Origin: Octopus vulgaris
Lineage: Eukaryota
NCBI GenBank assembly: GCA_951406725.2
Contig: OX597836.1
Span: 31,992,001 to 32,056,000 of the forward strand
Direction: 5' to 3'
Length of the DNA stretch: 64,000 nt
The notes below the pieces were generated by a model. That model was not told where the DNA came from, searched no databases, and was given only the letters and a program-made list of their open reading frames with translations. The position numbers and the translations under genes are program-made. Below are positions 53,065 through 64,000 of the stretch, piece after piece. The first letter of the stretch is position 1. Every line of letters begins with the position of its first letter.

Positions 53065-53610
53065 TTATTGAATGAGAGAGCAGTGCATGCCATCAAAGTG
53101 ACACTGGGGTAAAATATACGAAGCCCAATATACCCATCATGACTACCCGTCTGATAAGGGTACAATAGGCACATACATCACAACTGTGTGTGTGCGACAT
53201 GGTGATCTCATATCAAGATAAACAGCACATGACCTTGCAGGTGGGGCCCAGTTAGAATTTTTTTCTGGTCTAGTAGCCCATCCCACTCAAAAGCTCCCTG
53301 AAAAAGGCTTGTTTACTGATGATAAATGAAACACCCATGTTTCCAGAGTTGAATTATTCAAACCCCCAAAGAATCCCTCTTTACACATGGCTATGATGCT
53401 CCCCCACTACTTCTGCTCTTAAACAGAGATGCACATATCGTCAGGCGCTAAGGGACATGCTCAACTGTTTAAGGTCAAACAACTGACAAGCAAATCTATG
53501 GTATTGAGCAGAATATTTGTTATAGCCCATCTTTTATACCAAGACAAAACAATGTACATGATAACACTTCCAATCAGGATCCATGAGAGCCACTGCCTGA
53601 TACTGCATCA
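53065..53610. mobile_element. Unclassified ~550-bp interspersed repeat embedded in (ATT)n/(ATC)n
   Basis: Partial copies at 16495-16745 and 52920-53040. Confidence 0.7.
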
Positions 53611-55104
53611 GATCATATCATCATCATCATCATCATCATCGTCATCATTATTATCTAACCACATGACTTCCGTAGGGTTATATGTGTAGCCACTTCCACC
53701 AATTTTGCTTCAGAAGTTTTTTTGTTTCATTTTTTTCCTGCTGCACCAATTTGGTGCAATCTTTTCAGAAAGAATAATTATACTATGTTTAACACTGCCA
53801 AATAAAAAAAAAGGGTGAAAAGTGTCCTTGCTGCACCATTGGCTCATAAGGCTGGTTTCCCTGATTCTGTGGTGTATATGTTTCCCCACTGGATGGGAAT
53901 CCAGTCCAACGCAGGGTTACTCATTTTTCCCAACTGTGTTGACTGGGGTGACGGGAAATAAAGTATTTTGCTCAAGAACTCAAATCAAGCCTCAGTCCAG
54001 CAATTGAAACTATAATCTCATGAACATGAGAGCAGCACCCTAACCACTAAGCCATGTGCCTCCACACCTCTTAAAATAATCCTTTCTACTAAAAGCACAA
54101 GGCCTGAAATTATGGAGGTGGGGGACAGTCGATTACATCAACCCCAGTACTTGACTGGTACTTGATTTATCGACCTCAAAAGGATGAAAGATAAAGTCAA
54201 CTTTGGCAGAACTTGAACTCAGAATGTAAAGATGGACAAAATGCTGCTAACCATTTTACCTGATGTGCTAACAGTTCTGCCAGCTCGCCCCTCCTAAAGT
54301 AATGGCGATATGTTAGTTTAAAGACAAGTTTAGGCTTTACTCTTATTCAAATTTAACCCCTTTTTGCTACATACACCTTTTTCTACTATAGCAATTTTGA
54401 CAAGGTTTATAAAGCAGATGCCTTACTTTGGGTTATTACACAACTTAGAATAGTCTAAAAGCTACACTGCTTAGAATTTACAGTCTCCCATTTTTGAAAA
54501 CATTTTATCATAACTTTCTTTTTACCCATCTGATTTCCTGTTTTTTTTATTACAAAAAATAACAGAACACAAATCTTTTTCAATGAATTCAACCACCTTT
54601 AATTTGGTTGAGAAGTGAATTAGCTAGAGGGTAAAGACACTATCATTAAAAAGTAAACGTTGACCTTCACCAACTGTCACGGGCGAATAATGATATACTT
54701 AAGAAAAAACACAATGAAATGTGAATCTTGTCAAATCAATAATTTCTTTAGATTTCTGCAGTCTTCAGCTCATATATTGACAAAATAAAAGCCATTATTC
54801 TTCTAATTTCATTCTCATTCAATTTTTTTTTTTAAACTGAGGTAGCTTTTTTTTTCCTTTTTTGCAGAAAAGAATAAAATTGTAATTTTAACATATTGCA
54901 ATTTTAGCTTGGAAAATGATTGAGAAATGACATGTTTAAGTTCCATGAAAATACACAGAACATTTTTAATTTCTTTAAATTCAAGTAACAAATTTAGCTA
55001 AAGAAATTAATGCCTTTTTCCTTCAATGTCTGGAAATTTTGGTAGACAAATTAGAGGTAATAATTACATACTGCACTGAAAATTTGCTCTTTGTGGCCTG
55101 GAAA

Positions 55105-55950
55105 TCATGGAGGCAATGTTGAATGATTGAAACCCTTGGTGACATGCTGTGCTTGAGAAGACCTGTCTAGCCAAGCGAAACCATAGTCATAACTGATGCC
55201 AGTGTCACATAAGCAGCCATTGAACATTGGGCAACGTGGAGGTGATGACAAGTGACCAACACCATTGAGGATAGGCCATGCTTGAGAAGACTCGTCAAAC
55301 CAAGTGAAAACATAGTTGTAGATGCTGCTGGTCTCACATAACTGGCACCCATGCTGATGGCACATAAAATGCACCCATCACACTCTTGGAGTGGTGGGCA
55401 TTAGGAAGGGCGTCCAACTATAGGAACTATACCAAATCAAACTGGAACTTGGTGCAGCTCTCTAGCATACCAGTTTCAATAAACCTGTCCAACCCATGCC
55501 AGCATGGAAAGCAGATACTAAATGATAATGATGATAGTTGCTAGAGCAACAAGCTGGCTTCCGTGCCGGTGGCATGTTAAAAACACCATTCGAGCGTGAT
55601 CGTTACCTGTGTTGCCTTACTGGCACTTGTGCCAGTGGCACGTGAAAAACATTCCAGCGAGTCATTGCCAGTGCCGCTGGACTGGCTCCCGTGCAGGTGG
55701 CACATAAAAAGCACCATTTGAGCGTGGCCATTGCCAGTACCACCTGATTGACCTTCGTGCCGGTGGCACGTAAAAGCACCCACTACTCTCTCGGAGTGGT
55801 TGGCATTAGGAAGAGCATCCAGCTGTAGAAACTCTGCCAGATAAGATTGGAGCCTGGTGCAGCCATCTGGTTTGCCAGATCTCAGTCAAATCATCCAACC
55901 CATTCTAGCATGGAAAGCGGGTGTTAAACGATGATATTGATGATGATGAC
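55105..55950 (+). mobile_element. Two tandem RTE-tailed non-autonomous elements
   Basis: Each ends AACCCAT.C.AGCATGGAAAGC..(GAT)n (at ~55535 and ~55950). Confidence 0.8.
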
Positions 55951-57087
55951 ATATATACAACAGGCTTCTTCAGTTTCTGCCTACCAAATCCATTCACAAG
56001 GCTTTGGTCAGCCCGAGACTAGAGTAGAAGACACCCAATGCAGTGTCACTGAATCATGTGATTGAGAAGCAAGCTTCTTACCACTCAGCCATATGCGAAA
56101 TATCGTTTAGCAAACAATACAGAATTCTTTATCCTTGGATTTATGGCTTTAAAATATTGTCTTTTACATCAGTTGAATAATAATAATAATAATGTTCTTA
56201 ATACACTACCATGTCAGTTGTCTCCCTTGTATTGTATTTTAAACATAACTTTCATTGAAACAAAGCTGGAGTTCACTTTCTTATAAGGTGTGTTATTTTA
56301 TATTCTTTTACTTGCTTCAGCCATTGGACTGCAGCCATGCCGAGGCACTGCGTTGAAAGGGTTTTTATTGAAAATTCGATTCCAGTACTTAATTGTTTTA
56401 GAATTCTGATATTTATTTGATTGGTCTTTTTTATCAAATGAAGTTATGGGGAAGTGAACAAACCAACACCATTTGTCAAAAAGTGTGTGTCTAGGTCAAA
56501 CACACATGCACTCACACACAAACACACAAACATACACACACACACACACAGACACACACACAAACACATACACACAAACACACACACAAATACAAACACA
56601 CACATGCACACACAAACACACACATACATGCACACACAAACACACACACACACATGCACACACAAGCACACACACAAACACACACATGCACACACAAACA
56701 CACACACGCACAAACACACAAACACATGCACACACAAACACACAAACACTCACACACACATATATACGACAGGCTTCTTTCAGTTTCTATCTACCAAGTT
56801 TACTTACAAGGTTTTTTGGTTGACCCAGGGCCGTAGTAGAAGGCACTTATCCAAGGCACCATGCAGTGAGACTGAATCCAAAACCATAATTTGGAAGCAA
56901 ACTGCACATCACAGAGCAATACCTGAACCTACATTGTAAATTTTTCTCAGACATAAATTCTGTTTGAATTTTTAGATGTAAACTCTGTTTGAATGGTTAA
57001 TGATCAATCAGTGATATCTTCTCTTTAAATATAAGATTTGGGTGTGGCTTTTATTGAAACAGCTTATAATCAATGAGAAATATATTA

Positions 57088-57279
57088 CAGTTCTATATTT
57101 AAGAGATGAGGAATTATGTACATTATTTACATTGTTTACATTATTTACATTTGATGGATATTTGCCCTCATCTTGTTCGTTGTTAACACAATGTTTCGCC
57201 TGATATACCCTCCAGCCTTCATCGGGTGACATAGGGAAATTTCGAACCTGGGTTCTTATTCCTCAGGTATTTTTCAATG

Positions 57280-57355
<76 letters not shown>

Positions 57356-57445
57356 CATCATCATTATTATTATTCAGGTCACTGCCTGGAATCAAACTCG
57401 GAATCTTGGGGTTAGTAGACAATGCTCTTAACCACTATGCCATAT
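57088..57445 (-). mobile_element. tRNA-headed SINE-like element carrying a hammerhead motif, copy 2 (full length)
   Basis: A box TGGCATAGTGG, B box GAGTTTGATTCC, (AAT)n, body with C(C)GAUGA-A-GGCUGG..UCAGGC-GAAACAUU-GUGUU (57185-57230), then AATGTAAAT repeats. Confidence 0.8.
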
Positions 57446-58059
57446 TGATCTTTCTTCAGAATGTGTAGCCTTTTTGATGCCAGCCTGTCTGTGATTGTGT
57501 CTGGCTCCATGGCAAAAATTTCCTGTTTAAAAACGGGAATACAATCATCATCAAGATACCATTTTATTTGATATGGACACCAACTTAAAATGACAAAATG
57601 TTTTGTTCCCAAATCAATTGAAACAAAGGCAAATGTTTTAGTAGAAATATGGTAACAAATGGGTTAAATGTAATATTTTTACCACAAAATAATATGAAAA
57701 GTATAAATTCTGAGGACATTAATAGGGTTAAATTCAAAATTCAAAATTTAAACAGCTATAAATTAAATTTATCATTCAAAATTTTATCAGTGGATATAGA
57801 ATTCAACATTAATTTATTAAAGTATGGATTATGTATGAATTTAACAGTTTAAAGTGTCAATAAGGTGTTTCAAATGTTAGACTCTGATGAATATATCACA
57901 TATTTTCGAGTGAGTGTATCTATTTGTAAGAAAGTAAAAATGTGGCAGAAAGAAATTTAAGAGGAATAAGATGTTGAAAACACAATAATAACAAAAAGAA
58001 AGTGTAAAAAAATAAAATATCAAGAGATCTTATCTATTGGAAAGTATCATATTTACATA

Positions 58060-58450
58060 TGAGTGTTTGGTTAGTAGATAAAATTTCATAAGTCTCAGAT
58101 ATTCACAAATTACACTGTCTGTTTTTTGGTTATAGGACTTTGCACCAAAGAGATTTTTCCATTTGAATTATGTATTACTGTTCTTAATTTACTGCATTTT
58201 GAATTCCTAAAGGTATAAGTTTCTTGATTGGATTGAAATTTGAATCGGTTAGATATGAGGCTAATGTAAATATATATTTGAAAAACTCTGTATTGTAACT
58301 TCAATTGGGAAATAATAATCTTTTGAGGGAATTTGACTCCAGCAAAGCAGTCACAATTCTGCTTATAAATATTGCTATTACAGTTTTCATTATTTAAGGC
58401 TGTCGTAGATATATTAAGTTTGTGTATATTGGGAGAGGAAAGTATACGTA
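58060..58450 (-). pseudogene. Penelope-like GIY-YIG endonuclease fossil
   Basis: NCNSNIYKQNCDC...KIIISQ...IYISLISNRFKFQSNQETYTFRN and downstream CNL*ISETYEIL resemble the PLE CxC..C/IIY..YIG..FKxRY..H..SFRN..CNLCxxE pattern. Confidence 0.6.
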
Positions 58451-59142
58451 CAAAGTTAGGATGCTTCATCTTCATCTTCATCTTCATTTAATGTCTGTTG
58501 TCCATGCTGGTATGGGTTGGACGGTGCGACCAGAGCTGGCAAGCTGATTGGAGGTGAGGAGGACTGTATCAGAATCCAGTTTAATTTGGCATGGTTTCTA
58601 TGGCTGGATACCCTTCCTAATACAATAATGGTGATGTTCTTAACTGTTATATGGGAATGTAAATATGTTTGCAAATTGTTTTTGTTACATGTTATTCTGT
58701 GTTGTGAATACTTTTATTTTAATAAAAGTTGCTTACTGCAAGTTATGGATGATTCTTTTATGAGTTCATTGCTTTCAGGCTTAGCATGGACAACAGACTT
58801 TATTGAGTGTGCACAGGTGCTTTTACATGAAACTGCGCAGATACTATTACATGACACTGCATGGGTGCTTTTACATGGCACAGGATATTAAAAAATGTCT
58901 TAACAAATATTGAATAGCCTTTGGTTTCAGAATTTCTTTAAAGCTGTTGAAGTATTCTACTTTTACAGTAATACCATTAGGCTTAGCTGTGAGGTAAGAA
59001 GTTTGCTTCCCAACAACATGGTTCCAGGTTCATTTCCACTGCATGGCACCTCAAGTTGACCAGAGCCTTGTTAGTAGATTTGGTAGACTGGAAATATATA
59101 TAGTATTTATATATATATATTTTTATATATATATTTATATAT

Positions 59143-60215
59143 AAAAATCAAAATCAAAAACGATCAACATCAATGGAAATTGTAGCTGTGATACCAGTGC
59201 CGGTGACACGTAAGAGAACCATAGTAATGTGGCTGTTGCCAGCGCTGCCCTGACTGGCCTCCGTGCCGGTGGCACATATAAAGCACCATCCAATTGTGGC
59301 CATTGCCAGCCTCGTCTGCCCCCCCCCCCCGTGCTGGTGGCATGTAAAAAGTACCATCCAATCATGGGCGTTTGTCAGCCTCATCTGGCACCTGTGCAGG
59401 TGGCATGTAAAAAGCACCCACTACACTCACGGAGTGGTTGGCATTAGGAAGGGCATCCAGCTGTAGAAACACTGCCAGATCAGACTGGGCCTGGCACAGC
59501 CTACTGGCTTCCCAGACCCCAGTTGAACTGTCCAACCCATGCTAGCATGGAAAACGGACGTTAAACGATGATGATGATGATGATATATATAAGAATTTAG
59601 CTAGGTGTAAAATACACCTAAGGGATATTCAATATCCAAAGAATTTACTGGTTTATATTACCTATATCAGTAACAATGTTATTCCAATAAGTAAATAAAA
59701 AATAAACATACAGTTTATTAATATCATCATCATCATCATCATCATTTAACGTCCGCTTTCCATGCTAGCATGGGTTGGACGGTTCAACTGGGGTCTGGGG
59801 AGCCCGAAGGCTGCACCAGGCCAGTCAGATCTGGCAGTTTTCTACAGCTGGATGCCCTTCCTAACGCCAACCACTCCGAGAGTGTAGTGGGTGATTTTAT
59901 GTGCCACCGACACAGGTGCCAGACGAGGCTGGCGAACGGCCACCCTCGGATGGTGTTTTTTGTGCCACCGACACAGGTGCCAGACGAGGCTGGCAGACGG
60001 CCACGCTCGGATGGTGTTTTTATGTGCCACCGACACAGGTGCCAGATGAGGCTGGCGAATGGCCACGATCGGATGGTGTTTGTTACGTGCCCACAGCACG
60101 GAGGCCAGTCGATGCGGTACTGGCTACGGCCACGTTCGGATGGTTTTCTTGTGTGCCACCGGCACTGGTACCACAAAGACACAAATTCCATTGATGTTCA
60201 TCTATTTTGATTTGT
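59143..60215. mobile_element. Tail-to-tail inverted pair of full-length RTE-tailed elements
   Basis: 59143-59583(+) and 59724-60215(-). Both have an AAATCAAAAT..CATCAATGGAA 5' end and a (GAT)n tail. Confidence 0.9.
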
Positions 60216-60336
60216 TTAAGAAATGGAAAACAAAAAACAATAAAATGAACAATTATAAATTCAATTCAATTTAAATATTTTATGCAAATGAATTGAATGT
60301 ATAATTGTTCAATTTATTGTTTTGTTTTCCATTTCC

Positions 60337-60446
<110 letters not shown>

Positions 60447-60454
60447 TTTATATA

Positions 60455-61169
60455 CAGGGTGTCCCAAAAGTCACTGATGGGTGTCAATTTTTAATAACCT
60501 CCTTAACTTTACAAATAAATGCATGAAATTTTGATACAATATAAAGGACATAATGGAAATTAATATACCCCAGTCAAATTTTGAAACACCACAACATCAC
60601 ATACGAAAAATGACATTGCTTAGATGGCAGCCATTTTCAGGTTCCTATACCTGTGCTCTTTCCAAAACTTGCACCATAACACCCTCAAGAGTTTCAGACC
60701 CCACTTCTCTGATTTCTCTACTGATGTTCTCCTTTAGTTGCACCAGAGTCTCCAGTTTGTGACGTAAACCCCCTCTTTCAAGTATCCCCACAAAAAAAAA
60801 AAGAAAAAAATCCAGGTTAGTCAAGTCTTGGGAACGTGAAGGCCAGCTGACATTGCCATAAGAGGAGATTATTCTCTCTCCAAAGCACTACTGCCGTAGC
60901 AACTGCATTGTTTCCCATTTGGTATGAGCAGTTGACCCATCTTGCTGGAACCATGTGTGAGGTCTACTTTGAATGGCATTCACATTCCCCAGACTTGACT
61001 AGCCCAGATTTTTTCTTGTGGAGATACCTGAAAGAGAGGGTGCAATTGAAGGAGAAAAATCAATAGAGACATCAGAGAAGTGGAGTCTGAAACTCTTGGG
61101 GGTTTTATGGTGCAAGTTTGGAAAGAGCATGAGCGTGTGAAGCTGAAAATGGCTGCCATTTGAGACACC

Positions 61170-61172
<3 letters not shown>
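60455..61172. mobile_element. Tc1/mariner-superfamily fold-back element with two inverted transposase C-terminal fragments
   Basis: TIR CAGGGTGTCYCAAA with TA flanks. Minus strand WFQQDGSTAHT...WPSRSQDLTNLDFF; plus strand HSPDLTSPDFFLWRYLKE. Confidence 0.85.
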
Positions 61173-61214
<42 letters not shown>

Positions 61215-62181
61215 CATCATAATCATCATCATCGTTTAACGTCCGTTTTCCATGCTGGCATGGGTTGGACGGTTTGACTGATCTGGCTAGGTTTTCTACA
61301 GCTTGATGCCCTTCCTAATGCCAACCACTCAAAGCATGTAGTGGGCGATTTTTACATCCCACCGACACAAGAACCAGTCAGGCAGCCCTGGTATCAATCA
61401 TGTTTGGATAGTGCTTTTTTCATGCCACTGGCATGAGTGCCAGTCAGGAGGTACATATATATATATACACCTATATATATATATATGTGTGTGGGGGGGT
61501 GTCTTTGTGTCTTTGTCTGTCCCCTCACTGTTTGACAACTGGTGTTGGTTTGTTTATATCCCCATAACTTAGCAGTTCAGCTAAAGGTGTCTGATAAACT
61601 AAGTACTAAGCTTTAAAAGGAAAAAAGTATAAATTGCATTCTATTCATTCAGCTAAAAATTCCTCAAGGTGGTGCCCCAGCATGGCCACAGTCTGATGAC
61701 TGAAACAAGTGAAAGATAAAAGATGAAAGATATACCATAGAAACTGCAAGTTTTATTGCTTTGGGGCATCAGACCAAAAGTTTAAACAAACCTATCATAA
61801 TACCCAATACTTGCTGCAGAAAGCATTGCCAATGACCATTAAAATGATGATGGTGTGCAAGTTCAAAAGTCATCAAGATATTTATCTCTAGAGAAAAGAT
61901 TGTTTATCTTACAGACCAAGGTAAATTCAATTAGGTTTCAAACTGACACAAATTTGATTAGACATCAATTGTGAATGATTCATTAAAATATGAAATGACA
62001 GCAGTTCTATTTTTTAAAACATTTTTGCTGACAGTATCCCAAAAGTCATTAGGACCAGTTCTTCTCTAAATAATTACTTAAAGCATATAATTCTGTGCAG
62101 AAACATTATGTTTATAAACCTAATTTTATAGAATATATTCAGAACCACTTTCATATTTACAAAAACTACTGATTTCATACG

Positions 62182-63236
62182 ATACTGTATTTTCCATGAC
62201 ATACAAGTCAAGTTAATATATAGTGTAAAACATGTAGATTCAAATATCATCTCAATCTTTCCAAATCCAGCAGAATTTCACATGAAATTTTTGGTCCTTT
62301 AAAGTTGTCTTGGTATGTAAGTCAATCTACTTTTTGGCAGTAAATTTTGGTTTTAAAAAATATCAGGGTGTATGCCAGAAAATACAGAATATGATAATAG
62401 GATGTGGGAAATAATTGTGACCATCCATACTGTGTTTTCTGATAAACAAGTCAGTGTTGTATACAGAATAAACATGTAGTGTAAACATTCCAAATCATGA
62501 AGCATTTCACATGGAATTTTTGATCCTTCAAAGTCATCTTGGTGTAAGCCTACCTTTTTTTGGCTGCAAAATTTGATCTGCAAAATTCATCTGGTATGCT
62601 GGAAAAATATACTATGTACGTAAGACAGAAGTGTATGATTTGAAAAAGACTTAGCTGCTATTTCTAATAGATCTAGTAACAGTGTAGAAGTTTCCTTTCC
62701 TAGCTCATGCATACATACAGTATTTTCCAGCATACAAGTCAACATAGTGTAAACATGTAGCATAAACATTCAAACACCATCACTGTCTTTCTAAATCCTT
62801 TTGCATTTCACATGGAAGTTTTATTTCTCAAAAGCCATCCAGGTGTATATATAAGTCGACCTACCTTTTTGGGGCTATACATCTTGTACTGAAAAATTCA
62901 ACTTCTGAGCTAGAAAATATGGTATGTCCATATATAAGACAGAAGTGTGCATTTTGAAAGAGATTTAGCAGTATTTTAAAATGGACGAGTGTCTGTAGCC
63001 GTTTTACTTGTTCGCTCTTAAATACATAATATATTTTCCAGCATGAAATTTGATGTAGTATATAGTGTTAAATTGTAGTGTACATATACAAATATCATCA
63101 CTATCTTTTCAAATTCTGCTGCATTTCACATGGAATTTTTGGTCCTCCAAACTCGTCTTGGTGTAAAAGTTGATTACTTTATTTGACTGTAAATTTTGGT
63201 CTGAAAAATTCAACTTGTATGCCAGAAAATATGAAA
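62182..63236. repeat. Tandem array of four diverged pogo-type MITE units
   Basis: Units start TACTGTATTTTCC..CATACAAGTC and end T.GTATGC..GAAAATA, at ~62182, 62427, 62716 and 63030. Confidence 0.7.
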
Positions 63237-64000
63237 ATTTAGGGGTAATACTTTTGTGATTGGTGTCTATGCTCAATATTTGTTCCTTCTTGAGCCATCC
63301 CTGGTTCATAAGGGCCGATTTCCCAGTTTCCTTGGCGTATAGGTTCCCCACCTGGACGGGATGCCGGTCCGTTGTAGGTAAGCTGCAAGATGCAGGAGGA
63401 AAGCATGAGAGAAAGTTGTGGTGAAAGAGTCAGCAGAAATTCACCATTACTTTTTGCCAGAGCTGCGTGGTGCTTAGGTGTTCCGCTCATAAACACACAC
63501 ATCGTCTGGTCTGAGATTCGAACCCATGTTCCCTCGATTGCGAGTCTGCTACTCTAACCACTAGGCCATGCGCCTCCACACAAAATAATAAATGCACCCT
63601 TTTAAAGCCTAGTCAGGCTCATGGGCCCAGTTTCCTGGTTTCAATGGTGTATGTGTTCCCCAGCTGAATGGCACACCAATCCATCGCAGCATTACTCATT
63701 TTTGCCAGCTGAGTGGACTGGAGCAACGCAAAATGAAGTGTTTTGCTCAAGAACACAACACATCGCCCGGTCCAGGAATTGAAACCACAATCTTATGATC
63801 ATGATGCTGACACCCTAACCACTAAGCAATACACCTCCACATGCTCAATATTCTCTTCATAGACATGGTTTTCAATGCCACATTATTACAGCAGAGGATT
63901 CAATATTTACAATGAAAAATATATCAATCAGCAATAAAAAAAACCAATACAGCAAAATTTAATGAAATGTCATCCTAGCGCATTATGCCATGACCAAATG

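Noticed and set aside
57880-57915. CTGATGA near the Penelope fossil (also CTGAAGA at ~5435 minus and CTGATGA at 19190)
   Set aside because: No correctly placed GAAA or stem III; too degenerate to call a ribozyme.

Overview
AT-rich, microsatellite-saturated eukaryotic DNA. The SINE/LINE repertoire and repeat style suggest a cephalopod (Octopus-like) genome, which is an inference. No long intact ORF exists; nearly all ORFs in the track are microsatellite artefacts. The window is mostly intronic or intergenic. It holds dozens of tRNA-derived SINE copies (about 4 families), an RTE-tailed non-autonomous element that seeds minisatellites, and decayed fossils of hAT, Tc1/mariner, pogo-type MITE, R4/Dong, HERO, RTE, CR1/L2-type and Penelope elements. 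Three short minus-strand exons (25356-25261, 23255-23119/23124, 20296-20180) probably encode the C-terminus of an unidentified protein. Most notable: (1) about 7 minimal Penelope-type hammerhead ribozyme motifs from different families, one apparently intact (33106-33153) and two inside a tRNA-headed SINE-like element; (2) a 1.5-kb array of the overlapping TTCCTGGAA/GGAAAATTCC (STAT GAS-like + kB-like) motif; (3) a perfect 163-bp-arm palindrome plus other fold-backs beside TA tracts; (4) a triplicated exon-like 147-bp segment. Repeat boundaries were read by eye and are approximate unless stated otherwise.
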